From positions 3,456,001 through 3,520,000 of the forward strand of contig CBDFJQ010000002.1 in assembly GCA_965248575.1 (NCBI GenBank): a stretch of 64,000 bases of DNA. Reading direction: 5' to 3'. Position 1 is the first letter of the stretch. Every line of letters begins with the position of its first letter. The DNA comes from Planctomycetota bacterium. Its GTDB lineage: Bacteria; Planctomycetota; B15-G4. A model generated the notes under the pieces. It did not search any database and was not told the origin of the DNA. It was given only the letters and a program-made list of their open reading frames with translations. Shown here piece after piece: positions 49,250-58,704 of the stretch. Both the position numbers and the translations under genes were made by a program.

Positions 49250-50553
49250 GACAGAGAGCCCTTTCCATCCTGGAGCGGGTCGAGTCCGGCCGTGGTTTCG
49301 CCGAGCACCTCCTGAACAGGGAAGACCCTCCCTTTGTGCGCGAGCTGGTCTATGGCGTTCTGCGCCGACAGCTCACCCTGGATTCCATTCACGACGCCTA
49401 CGGCAAGCGCGCTGCGGCGAAGCTGGATGCGCCGATCCGGGCGGCCGTGCGCATCGGCCTCTACCAACTGATCTTCCTGGACGGCATCCCCAGCCATGCG
49501 GCCGTCGCAGAGGCCGTGGGTGCCCTGAAGCTGCATTCCCATCGCGCCTACGCCAACGGCGTGCTGCGCCGGATTGCCCGGGAAGCCAACATCGTGGAGC
49601 CCGGCCGCGACCGCGGGGGCGCCCACCCCAGCAAGCGTTTCGAACGCCCGGGCCGCATGGTGTGCTTCTTCACCCGCGCCGTTTTCCCGGACCCAGAGGT
49701 CGATCGCGTCCGCTACCTCTCCGCCTATCACAGCCACCCGGAGTTCCTGGTGCGGCGCTGGGTGGAGCGGGTGGGCGAAGAACAGGCCGTGGCCTGGATG
49801 GAGGAGGGCAACACCGTGCCGCGACTCTTCCTTCGGCCTCGTGCAGGGCTGGCCGAGGCCGCCGGGCTCGTGGAGCGGCTGGCGCAGGAAGGGGTGACCG
49901 CGGGTGTGGCGTCGCGCGAGGACGGCGCCGACGCCGTGGAAGTGGTGGGCAAGACGCGCAGCTTGCTCACGGGGCGATCCTTCCGGCAGGGCTTCTTCAC
50001 CGTGCAGGATGTGCTGCAGATGGATGCGGTCGAGATCCTGGACCCGGCCCCCGGCGAGGTCATCTGGGATGCCTGCGCTGCTCCCGGCGGCAAGACCGCC
50101 CAGATCGCTGAACTCCTGGATGGCCAAGGTCGGGTGGTGGCGACGGACCATCGCGAGCCGCGCCTGGATCGGGTGCTGGAGACCGTCAACCGGCTGGCGC
50201 TCAAGAACGTCGAGGTGTCGGAGCACGATCTGTTCTCCGAGGACGATCCCCCCGGCAAACCGGACAAGGGGTTCGACGCCATCCTGCTCGACGCTCCCTG
50301 CAGCAACACGGCGGTGCTGGGACGTCGCCCCGAGGCTCGCTGGCGGCTCGAACCCGGCACCTTCGATGAGATGGCTGCGCTGCAGACGCGCATGATCGAC
50401 GCCGTGCGGCGGCATCTCGCGCCGGGCGGGCGGCTCATCTTCTCCAGCTGCAGTCGTGAGCCGGAGGAGGGTGAGCAACACGCTTTGCTCAAGACCCGCT
50501 CCCCCTTCGTCTGGTTCGTGAAGACTCCCGGATCGACCGTACCCTCGGCCTGA
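49246..50553 (+). CDS. rsmB: 16S rRNA m5C967 methyltransferase RsmB/Sun
   Basis: NusB-like N-terminus, VQD, DACAAPGGKT, LLDAPCS, SSCS; follows fmt. Confidence 0.88.
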   Translation: MRQRALSILERVESGRGFAEHLLNREDPPFVRELVYGVLRRQLTLDSIHDAYGKRAAAKLDAPIRAAVRIGLYQLIFLDGIPSHAAVAEAVGALKLHSHRAYANGVLRRIAREANIVEPGRDRGGAHPSKRFERPGRMVCFFTRAVFPDPEVDRVRYLSAYHSHPEFLVRRWVERVGEEQAVAWMEEGNTVPRLFLRPRAGLAEAAGLVERLAQEGVTAGVASREDGADAVEVVGKTRSLLTGRSFRQGFFTVQDVLQMDAVEILDPAPGEVIWDACAAPGGKTAQIAELLDGQGRVVATDHREPRLDRVLETVNRLALKNVEVSEHDLFSEDDPPGKPDKGFDAILLDAPCSNTAVLGRRPEARWRLEPGTFDEMAALQTRMIDAVRRHLAPGGRLIFSSCSREPEEGEQHALLKTRSPFVWFVKTPGSTVPSA

Positions 50554-50557
50554 CGCC

Positions 50558-51403
50558 ATGCGCCTCGGCTACAACACGAACGGCTTCCCGCAGCATGAGC
50601 TGGCCGATGTGTGCCGGATCCTCGCGGGCCTCGGCTACGACGGCATCTCCATCACGCCCGATGTCCTGCAGCTGAACCCCTTTTCGGCAGGTGCGGAGGC
50701 CGAGGCACGGGAACTGCGGGTGCTCGTGCAGGATCTTGGGCTCGCCGTGGCCTTGGAGACGGGTGCGCGCTTCCTGTACGACCCCATGCGCAAGCACCAG
50801 CCGACGCTGCTGTCGGGGCCCGAGGGTGCGCAGCAGCGCCTGGATGGCTTGCGACGCTGTCAGGATCTGGCCCACCTCCTGGGGGCGGAGAGCTTCTCTT
50901 TCTGGTCGGGGATCTTCGGCGACGGCCTGTCCGCAGCGCCCTCCCGTGACGAGCAGTTCGACCGCCTCTGCAGCGGCGCACGCGTGCTGCTCGACGCCGG
51001 GGCCGGGAGCCCGACGAGCCTTTGCTTCGAGCCCGAGCCCGGCATGTTGGTGGCTTCGCTCTCGGATCTCGACCAGTTCCTGGGGAGGCTCGACCGCCCC
51101 GAGTTGAAGCTCATGTTGGACGTGGGCCACGTGCCCGTGACGGAGACGGCGCCCCCGGCGCAGGTGCTTCGTGAACGCTCAGCCCAGCTTGGCGGTCTGC
51201 AGCTGGATGACAGCCGGGATGCACGACACGAGCATCTGTTTCCGGGCGACGGTCAGATCCAATGGCCCGAAGTCTTGCGGGCCGTGCGCGACGTGAACTT
51301 CCAGGGTCTGGCGAGCCTGGAGCTGCCGCGCCACGGGCACGATCCCGTGAACACGGCCCGTCGTGCGCTGGAGTATTTCCGGCAGCTCGAGGGTGCGCTC
51401 TAG
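50558..51403 (+). CDS. Sugar phosphate isomerase/epimerase family TIM-barrel protein
   Basis: LGYDG, FEPEPG, LDVGH, HEHLFPGDG.I.W, LELPRH metal-binding pattern. Confidence 0.8.
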   Translation: MRLGYNTNGFPQHELADVCRILAGLGYDGISITPDVLQLNPFSAGAEAEARELRVLVQDLGLAVALETGARFLYDPMRKHQPTLLSGPEGAQQRLDGLRRCQDLAHLLGAESFSFWSGIFGDGLSAAPSRDEQFDRLCSGARVLLDAGAGSPTSLCFEPEPGMLVASLSDLDQFLGRLDRPELKLMLDVGHVPVTETAPPAQVLRERSAQLGGLQLDDSRDARHEHLFPGDGQIQWPEVLRAVRDVNFQGLASLELPRHGHDPVNTARRALEYFRQLEGAL

Positions 51404-51450
51404 CAGCCCTCGTTGCAGCCCCACGCCGTGCTGATCGCCTCGCGGCGAAC

Positions 51451-52713
51451 TCAGCTGGCTTCAGCGGCCGCCACGCCTGCGAGCTTGTGCAGCTCGTCAT
51501 CCTCGAGCAGCTTGTTGGACTCCTTGGCGGCAAAGAACAGGCGATCGACGCGCTCTGCCGTGGGCTCGTAGCCGTTCACCTTGAGCCAGTAGACGACGTT
51601 GGATTTGCCGCTCATGGGGCCCACGCGAATGATCTGGGCCAGGCCGAAGTCGTCGGCGGGCACCCCGGAGTAGACCCGGTTCGCCAGCCACTCGTCCCCC
51701 TTCTCCTGGGCCTTGATGACAGCGGCCGCGTGCACACCTGTGCCCGTCTCAAAGGCATCCCGGCCGAAGACGGGATAGCCGACGGGGATCGGCACACCGG
51801 TAGACTTGCTGGTCAGGTTGACGTAGTCGCCAAGCTTGGTGAGGTCGTGATCGAACCAACCGGCGAGCTTCAGGTTCACCAGCAGCAGGTCCATGGGGCA
51901 GTTCCCGGCGCGCTCGCCGATACCCAGCCCCGTGCCGTGCAGGCGGTGGGCGCCGGCGCGCAGGGCGGCCACGGCGTTGGGGACACCGAGGCCGCGGTCC
52001 ATGTGGCCGTGCCAGTCGATCTTCACATCGTCCCGGCCGCTCTCCTTGACGAGTTCCACGCCCCAGCGAATCAGGTTCACGGCGCCTTCGGGGATGGAGT
52101 GCCCCACGGTGTCGCAGAAGCACAGGCGCTTGGTGGCAGGCGACTCGAGGGCAGCACCGTACAGCGCACGCAAGGTCTCGGGATGAGCGCGCGTCGTGTC
52201 CTCGGTCACGAACATCACTTCGAGGTTCTCTTGCTCGGCGAACTTCAGCGCCTCGGTCGAGTGCTTCAGCATGGTCTTGAGATCCCAGTCCTCGGTATAC
52301 GCCCGGATCTGGCTACTGCCGATGAAGGTCGAGGTCTCGATGGGCACGCCGGTCTTCTGCTGGATCTCCGCCACGGGGGCGATGTCGGCGATCACGGTTC
52401 GTGCGGCGCAGTTGGGTTCGAGATCCAGCTGTTCGTCGCGGATCACTTCGACCAGCTCAGTCACTACGTCGACCACGTGCTTGCCGGCGCCGGGCAGGCC
52501 GACGTTGGCATAGCGGATGCCCAGCTGGCTCATGAGCCGCAGCAGCTCGATGCGGTCGGCCATGGGCGGGGCCTGGACCGAGGGGCACTGCAGTCCGTCC
52601 CGCAGGGTCTCGTCGTCCAGCTCGATGGTGTGGCGCGGCGGGTAGAGATCCTGGACCAGGTTCCAGTCGTAGATCAGATCTTCGCGGCCTTGCTCGCTGC
52701 TGGGGTCGGTCAT
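51451..52713 (-). CDS. LeuA-family (2-isopropylmalate synthase-like) enzyme without C-terminal regulatory domain
   Basis: DETLRDGLQ, EDTTRA, DTVG, HGHMDRG, GIGERAGN, GVH, GPMSG; ~420 aa. Confidence 0.85.
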   Translation of the reverse strand: MTDPSSEQGREDLIYDWNLVQDLYPPRHTIELDDETLRDGLQCPSVQAPPMADRIELLRLMSQLGIRYANVGLPGAGKHVVDVVTELVEVIRDEQLDLEPNCAARTVIADIAPVAEIQQKTGVPIETSTFIGSSQIRAYTEDWDLKTMLKHSTEALKFAEQENLEVMFVTEDTTRAHPETLRALYGAALESPATKRLCFCDTVGHSIPEGAVNLIRWGVELVKESGRDDVKIDWHGHMDRGLGVPNAVAALRAGAHRLHGTGLGIGERAGNCPMDLLLVNLKLAGWFDHDLTKLGDYVNLTSKSTGVPIPVGYPVFGRDAFETGTGVHAAAVIKAQEKGDEWLANRVYSGVPADDFGLAQIIRVGPMSGKSNVVYWLKVNGYEPTAERVDRLFFAAKESNKLLEDDELHKLAGVAAAEAS

Positions 52714-52875
52714 GGGGTGGCGCCCTGCGTCTGGATTCACGGAACTCACCGGATGGGGTGAGTCGCGGCTTGGGTACCTGCCGCTGAGCCCAGCATTCTA
52801 GCTTTCCAAGGCACTTTGGATCTTCAGGCTCTCCCGCGAAACACTCTCACGGGGCCCAGCCAGGCCCTGAGACGC

Positions 52876-53925
52876 TCAGCTTCCGAACCCGCTGCCGTCC
52901 ATGTCGTCGAAGAAGGGATCCGACGAGTCCAGCTGCTGGAGGTAGGCGTGGAAGTCCAAGCGGTGGTCCGAGTCGATGGGGATCGTTTCGCCGAGCATGG
53001 CGGCGATGACCTCGGGTGGCAGGGAGGCGTCCGCGGTGAGGTCCTTGCCAGCGTAGGCACCTTCCAGTCGCAGCAGTCCGGCTTCAGCCAGCGGGGTCAG
53101 GATGCTCCGGTTCTCAAGCAGCTCCGCCTCGCTTTCGCTGACCAGCTTCACCAGGTCGACCGCATCGACCGCACCAACTCCCTCGAGCACCTCCTGGAAG
53201 AGGATCGTGGCGAGAATGACGAGATCGGAGTCTTGGAGGGAATGCTGGCGACGGAGTTCGAGCAGCGGCAGCTTGGCGGAGTCGGGCGTGGCCCGGAGGC
53301 GATCAGCAATCCGCAGCGTCTCGAGCTGGGCCCGCTGAACGAGCACGGCTGTCCCATCGCGCACCTCGATGCCGGTGCCGGTCCAGGGGTCGAGATGAAA
53401 CACCCGGGCAGCCCGACGCCGGTAATGCAGGGACAGGCGCCGCAGCTCCCCCAGGATCTCGGTGTTGGAGCGGAAGGCCCCAGAGGGCTGGCGCTGTTCG
53501 GCGGGGGCACTCTGGCCAAAGATCTCGCAGGCCAACCGGAAGAGGTGGTCACTCAGGCGATACAGGATGTCGTGTGCCTCGGCTGCATTCTCCGGCACGA
53601 CCTCTGGGATGAGCAGTCCGTGGTTGGTGAGGGGGGCGGTAGCATCCAGACGGGCCAGGGCTTCCAGACGCGATGCACTTCCATCGCCGACCGCCAACGC
53701 GAGGTCCTTGCCAGAGCTCGCGGCTTCGCCCGCCAGGCGGGCCCCGAGGGTCGACAGGATCAGCGCCACATCGACGCTCTCTAGACCATGGCTCTCAAGC
53801 ACCTCGAAGAAGGGGCCCGAGCGCGGCCGCGCTTCGATCTGGCGCAAGCGATCAGGGAGCGCTGCGTCCACCGCATCGAGCAGCTGTCGGAGGGCTTCTT
53901 GGTTCGTGGGTGGTTTCGCGGTCAT
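52876..53925 (-). CDS. Hypothetical protein with two internal winged-helix-like repeats
   Basis: 349-aa ORF; repeats PFFEVLESHGLESVDVALIL...APLTNHGLL and PLLELRRQHSLQDSDLVILA...TPLAEAGLL. Confidence 0.7.
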   Translation of the reverse strand: MTAKPPTNQEALRQLLDAVDAALPDRLRQIEARPRSGPFFEVLESHGLESVDVALILSTLGARLAGEAASSGKDLALAVGDGSASRLEALARLDATAPLTNHGLLIPEVVPENAAEAHDILYRLSDHLFRLACEIFGQSAPAEQRQPSGAFRSNTEILGELRRLSLHYRRRAARVFHLDPWTGTGIEVRDGTAVLVQRAQLETLRIADRLRATPDSAKLPLLELRRQHSLQDSDLVILATILFQEVLEGVGAVDAVDLVKLVSESEAELLENRSILTPLAEAGLLRLEGAYAGKDLTADASLPPEVIAAMLGETIPIDSDHRLDFHAYLQQLDSSDPFFDDMDGSGFGS

Positions 53926-54041
53926 GAATCAGGGCTTCGACATGAGAAAGTACCTCGATTGGCCGGAGTAACCCGGTTGACGGATGGTCGGCGGAGGAAT
54001 CGACGGATACCCTCCTGCCTCTCTACAGACGGTGCTGCGCC

Positions 54042-55427
54042 ATGGAAGCCCCAGACCTCCAGAAGATCCTCGACAGCCTCGAATCGGCCGATACGCCCCC
54101 TGTGCGGCGAGCGGTTGGAGAAGTCCGAGCGGCCGATATTGCCCAGGGGCTCACGGATCTCGAGGAGGACGCGATCCTCCTGATTTTCTCGCTGTTGGGG
54201 GACGAGAAGGCCTCGGCGGTGCTCGCTGAAGCGGACGAGAACACCCAAGAGGATTTGTTGGCCTCGCTGGGCCCGGCCCGCGTGGCGCGCCTGCTGAACG
54301 CGATGGACCCGGACGACGCCGCTGACTTGATGGAGCTGGCTCCGGAGAACGAGCACGCCAGCATCCTTGCGGGGCTGGATGACGAGACCTTGCGCACGGT
54401 CAAGCTGCTCGGGGAGTACGAGCCCGAGTCTGCGGGCGGCATCATGACCACCGAGGTCGTGGCCGTTGGCAGCAACGAGACTGTTCAATCGGCCTTGAGC
54501 AAACTGGCCGACGCCGAGCAGCCCGAAGCCATGGGCAGTGCATTCGTGGTGGATCCTGCCGGAACGCTTGTGGGTTTCGTCGACCTCAAGGCCCTGCTCA
54601 CGGCTGCGGCCTCTGACTCGGTCGGCGGCATCATGAACGCCGACGTGATCTCGGTTCCCGTGGATGCAGACCAGGAAGAAGTCGCGCGTCTGGTGGAGCA
54701 CTACGACCTGGGTTCGGTGCCTGTGGTGGACGCCGCGAGTCGCTTGAAGGGCGTCATCACCCTCGACGACATCATCGAGGTGCTCGATGAAGAGGCCAGC
54801 GAGGACATGCTGCGTCTGGCGGGTACCGGCGTCACCCACCCCACGACCGAGGACGTCCTCACCCGTCTGTGGGCGCGGGCGCCCTGGCTGTCCGTGACCT
54901 TGGTAGGCACCTTCATCGCCGGACTGATCATCGAGTTCGTCGAGAAGACCTGGTTTCCCCAGGCGCTGTCCGCCCTGGGGCCGAGCGCGACACGCTTCCA
55001 GACGTTGCTCTACTTCATTCCGCTCATCGGAGGCATGGCGGGCAACGTGGGGAGCCAGTCCTCCACGATCATGATCCGCGGCTTCGCGACAGGCGAAGTG
55101 GACCCCACGCGCCCCATGCGGGTCCTGCGCGGTGAGCTGACCCTGGCCCTCATCATTGGCGTCATTGCCGGAGCGATGGTGGGTGTGGCGACACACTTCC
55201 TGTACTCGGAGATGCCGAGCCTTGGCCTGATCGTCGGTGTAGCGCTGCCGTCGGCCATCCTGGTCGCAGCCCTGGCGGGCACGCTGATTCCCTTCGCGTG
55301 TCACGCGGTCAAGGTGGACCCGGCCTACGCCGGGGGGCCCTTCCTGCTGACGATGAATGACATCGCGGCCTACCTGATCTACTTCGCCGTGGCGATCAGC
55401 CTCCAGGATGCTGTCGCTGGTGGCTGA
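54042..55427 (+). CDS. mgtE: Magnesium transporter MgtE
   Basis: MDPDDAADL, SAGGIMT, CBS pair, GMAGNVGSQS, DPA..GGPFLLTMND. Confidence 0.95.
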   Translation: MEAPDLQKILDSLESADTPPVRRAVGEVRAADIAQGLTDLEEDAILLIFSLLGDEKASAVLAEADENTQEDLLASLGPARVARLLNAMDPDDAADLMELAPENEHASILAGLDDETLRTVKLLGEYEPESAGGIMTTEVVAVGSNETVQSALSKLADAEQPEAMGSAFVVDPAGTLVGFVDLKALLTAAASDSVGGIMNADVISVPVDADQEEVARLVEHYDLGSVPVVDAASRLKGVITLDDIIEVLDEEASEDMLRLAGTGVTHPTTEDVLTRLWARAPWLSVTLVGTFIAGLIIEFVEKTWFPQALSALGPSATRFQTLLYFIPLIGGMAGNVGSQSSTIMIRGFATGEVDPTRPMRVLRGELTLALIIGVIAGAMVGVATHFLYSEMPSLGLIVGVALPSAILVAALAGTLIPFACHAVKVDPAYAGGPFLLTMNDIAAYLIYFAVAISLQDAVAGG

Positions 55428-56595
55428 CACTCCAGCAGACGCCGCCAGCGATCCTGAGGCGCTGCGGCCGTCACGACGTCGCTGGGTGTGGACAGTCGTG
55501 GCCATCGTGCTTCCTTCACTGATCTTGCGCGGGTGTGTGCTCTCCACCTACGTCATCCGTTCTCCCTCCATGGAGCCGGCGGTTGCGACGGGAGATCACC
55601 TGCTCGTGCTGCAGGACGCGGTCGACCAACGGGCGCTGAAGCGTTGGGATGTCGGGCTCTTCGATCGATCGGTGGACCAGGAGGTTCCTGCCGACATCAA
55701 GGCCATCGCCAAGCGCATCGTGGGTTTGCCAGGCGAGGTCATGGAGCTGCGCGACGGAGACCTCTATGTGGGTGAGGACGGGCGTGAGCTGAGCCTGGTC
55801 CGTAAGGGCGACATGCTCATCCGCCGACTTCTGGTCCCGGTTCACCGGGGCCTCGGCCTAGAGCTGCCCTGGGCCGGTTCTAGCCTCCAGACCGTGACGG
55901 GCGGTACACGGGTTACGGCGGGCTTGCGCGAGGTGTGGTCCTTCTACGGCTCCGGTGTCCGGGACGGCGAGCTGGACGAGACGGGCCGATGGCCTGTGCG
56001 AGACACAGCCCTGGAGGTCCTCGTCGGGGAGGGTGATGGCACGCTGCTGCTCCAACTCCGCGAGGGGGCGGACACCTTCCAAGCCCGTCTCGCGCCGGCC
56101 AGCAGGGGTGGCGCGTTGTTGGGCCACAACCTGGGCGGAGGTGAGGTCCAGTCGGATCCGGACTTCGCGGGGCTCAAGGCCGGGCAGCGCGTGTTGTTCT
56201 GGAACGTCGACAACGGCATTCGGCTCTGGGTCGACGACGAGCTGGTCCTGTCCCACGATCTCGAGTCCAACTTCGAGTTGAGCCCCGGCGGGACGCTCAA
56301 CAATGTGCCCGGCCTGGGAGTGCTGGGCGGCGAGCTGTTGCTGCGCGAAGTCACCGTTCTCCGAGACCTCCACTACGCCCCTCAAGGGGACTATGCGGCC
56401 CCCCCGGCGGCGGTGTTCACGCCCCACCAAGTGCCTGATAGACATGTCTTCCTCTTGGGAGACAACAGCCGTAAGTCAAGAGATAGCCGCTATTTCGGCG
56501 CCGTTAGCCTGGAGAAACTGTTGGGCCGCCCCTTCGCCACCTACCGCCCGATCGAGCGTGCGGGCTGGAGGACCTCGGCAGGAGTCCAGCCGTGA
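55420..56595 (+). CDS. lepB: Signal peptidase I with large insertion
   Basis: SPSMEP (Ser), AKRIVGLPGE (Lys), LGDNS..SRDSRYFG; long beta-rich insert. Confidence 0.88.
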   Translation: MADTPADAASDPEALRPSRRRWVWTVVAIVLPSLILRGCVLSTYVIRSPSMEPAVATGDHLLVLQDAVDQRALKRWDVGLFDRSVDQEVPADIKAIAKRIVGLPGEVMELRDGDLYVGEDGRELSLVRKGDMLIRRLLVPVHRGLGLELPWAGSSLQTVTGGTRVTAGLREVWSFYGSGVRDGELDETGRWPVRDTALEVLVGEGDGTLLLQLREGADTFQARLAPASRGGALLGHNLGGGEVQSDPDFAGLKAGQRVLFWNVDNGIRLWVDDELVLSHDLESNFELSPGGTLNNVPGLGVLGGELLLREVTVLRDLHYAPQGDYAAPPAAVFTPHQVPDRHVFLLGDNSRKSRDSRYFGAVSLEKLLGRPFATYRPIERAGWRTSAGVQP

Positions 56596-56626
56596 CCGGC
56601 CCTGCCCCGCTGCGTCGAATTGAGGC

Positions 56627-56651
56627 GCAACCCCTGGTCGTGTGCGGGGTT
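56627..56651 (+). promoter_or_regulatory. Possible ECF-type autoregulatory promoter
   Basis: GCAAC-N17-GTT about 40 nt upstream of the ECF sigma start. Confidence 0.3.
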
Positions 56652-56689
56652 TCGTCCCCCACTTCGCCCATTGCCGGAGGCTCGATCTC

Positions 56690-57310
56690 TTGACGGAAGC
56701 GCCGGACGGGCGCGATCTCATGCTGGCTGTGTCTGCCGACGAGGCAGGCGCTTTCGACACCCTTGTCCGGGTGTACGAACGGCGAGTGAAGGCGGCCGTA
56801 TCCCGTTCCATTCGAGATCGAGCTTCGGTGGATGACCTCGCCCAAGAAGTGTTCCTGCGTCTCTATCGAGCACGGGCCCGCTACCAGCCGACGGCCCGTT
56901 TCGAGACCTTCCTCTACCGCATCATCTTCAACCTCTGCGTGAACCACACCCAATACAGCAATCGCCGCAGGACCTGGTCCTTGGACGCGCCCCAGAGTGG
57001 CGCTGACGAGGACGGTGCGGGCTATGAGCCGGAGGATCTCACCGCCCACGCGCCGCTGGAGGAACTGGAGTTGTCCGAGCGGGCCCAGCTCGTTCGCAAG
57101 AGCGTGGAGACACTGCCCGATAGCCAGCGGCAGGCCTTGGTCCTCTCGCGTTTCGAAGGGCTTGGTTATCAGGACATCGCCGCCGCCATGGGCTTGTCGC
57201 TGCCTGCGGTGAAGTCGCTGTTATGGCGCGCACGAGAGAACCTTCGCGAACGCCTGCAACCGATCCTGCAGGCCCAGGGCTACCCCACTGGAGCGATCGA
57301 TGATGACTGA
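56690..57310 (+). CDS. ECF RNA polymerase sigma factor
   Basis: AFDTLVRVY, DDLAQEVFLRLY, FETFLYRI, GLGYQDIA, VKSLLWRARENLR; TTG start with GGAGG. Confidence 0.93.
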   Translation: MTEAPDGRDLMLAVSADEAGAFDTLVRVYERRVKAAVSRSIRDRASVDDLAQEVFLRLYRARARYQPTARFETFLYRIIFNLCVNHTQYSNRRRTWSLDAPQSGADEDGAGYEPEDLTAHAPLEELELSERAQLVRKSVETLPDSQRQALVLSRFEGLGYQDIAAAMGLSLPAVKSLLWRARENLRERLQPILQAQGYPTGAIDDD

Positions 57311-57785
57311 GCTCGAACAGCGCCTGCTTCAGGAACACCTGGACGGTTCCTTGCCTGAGGAACGTCAGGGCGAGTTGGTGTCCCTGCTCGATGGGAACGC
57401 CGATGCCCGCCGCTACGTCGCGGAGCACCAGTTGTTGTGGGAGGCCTTGGGCGAAGCGTTTCCGGAGGCGGAAGACGTGCAGGCGTCCCAGGAATTCCGG
57501 GAGTCGGTTTCAGACGCCGTGGGTCGACCTGCGCTGAAGCGGGTTCGATTGGCTTGGGTTGCCAGCGTGGCTGCGGCAGCGCTTCTGGCGGTCGGCGTGT
57601 CCAGCTGGATGCACCGCCAGGGCTCCCCGCTGGAAGGCATCACCGGCAACGATCGCGAGGTGGTTCGCTACCTGCATGTCTTGCGCGACCTCGATTTCAT
57701 GCAGGCCTACGGCGCGGAGCTGGACTTGCGCGGAGACCTGGAGGTCTTCCATGCCTTCGCAGGCGAAATGGAAGGTGAGGGATGA
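57300..57785 (+). CDS. Putative transmembrane anti-sigma factor
   Basis: LLQEHLDGSL N-terminal anti-sigma pattern without Zn cysteines, one TM helix, overlaps the sigma gene. Confidence 0.75.
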   Translation: MMTELEQRLLQEHLDGSLPEERQGELVSLLDGNADARRYVAEHQLLWEALGEAFPEAEDVQASQEFRESVSDAVGRPALKRVRLAWVASVAAAALLAVGVSSWMHRQGSPLEGITGNDREVVRYLHVLRDLDFMQAYGAELDLRGDLEVFHAFAGEMEGEG

Positions 57786-58645
57786 CGCGCCTCGCGACGC
57801 TCGCAGTCTTGGCCGCGCTGTTGGTGGCGGCTGCTGGCTTCACCCTCTTTCCCGTGTCGGTGGAGCAGCAGCGCAAGAACCGCATCCAATGGTTGGCTCT
57901 TCCTGAGTTCGAGCAGCAGCGCCTGCGGGAGGAGTGGGCGGAGCTCAGTGACCAGCCCCCTGAGGTCCAGCATGAGATCATGCGGCGCTTGGCGACCTTG
58001 CAGCGGCTGCGCTCCCATCCCAGCCAGGTGGACGAAGGCACCCGTCGACCGGATGAAGTGGAGCGCGTGCTCAAGGGCATGGCGGGCCGTCTCCGTCGGC
58101 TGCTGGAGCCGCAAGCCCAGGAGAGCGATGAAGACACGGCGCTTCGACTGCGCGCCCGTACGCGCGAGCGCATCGATGCCTTTCTCGACAACCTCGTGGC
58201 TGCAGACCGCCTCGATCTGAACGAGCGTACCGAGCTGGGGAACCTGGCTTGGGAGGAGTACGTGCGGGTCTCGCTTGAGATCCAGAAGGCTGAGGAGATC
58301 TATCTCTACTCGGAGTTTTCCGGGCGTCGCGAACGGGAGCCGGCACAGATGGAGACCCTGGCCCCCTTGGATCTGCTCGAGGAGATGCTGGAGGTGAGGC
58401 GGCTGCGAGGATTCCTGGGCGAGGCAGGGGAGGTGCTGGGTCTCAGCGAGGCCGAGCAGCAGCAGCTCGCGGAGGCCTCGGATGAGGACTTTTTCCGGGT
58501 GGCCAAGGCCCTCATGGAACCCAAGGCCCGTGAGTACATGTCGCGCGAGCTGAAGATGGACCAGGACCAGATCGAACGGACCCTTGCCCGCCCCTATCGG
58601 GACCTCGAACGCTCGTTGCACCGCCTGGTACAGATGAGGCGCTGA
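57782..58645 (+). CDS. Exported or membrane-anchored helical protein of the ECF operon
   Basis: ATGA-coupled; N-terminal hydrophobic helix; WLALPEFEQQRL-type helical repeats. Confidence 0.7.
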   Translation: MTRLATLAVLAALLVAAAGFTLFPVSVEQQRKNRIQWLALPEFEQQRLREEWAELSDQPPEVQHEIMRRLATLQRLRSHPSQVDEGTRRPDEVERVLKGMAGRLRRLLEPQAQESDEDTALRLRARTRERIDAFLDNLVAADRLDLNERTELGNLAWEEYVRVSLEIQKAEEIYLYSEFSGRREREPAQMETLAPLDLLEEMLEVRRLRGFLGEAGEVLGLSEAEQQQLAEASDEDFFRVAKALMEPKAREYMSRELKMDQDQIERTLARPYRDLERSLHRLVQMRR

Positions 58646-58704
58646 CGGGCAGAGGGCTCTTCGTCGGACCTCGGTGGAGGCGGGAGCTTGTGCCGCTATG
58701 ATGT

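Noticed and set aside
53926..54041. M-box riboswitch upstream of mgtE
   Set aside because: Gap is only 116 nt, shared with a divergent gene, and lacks recognisable M-box sequence.
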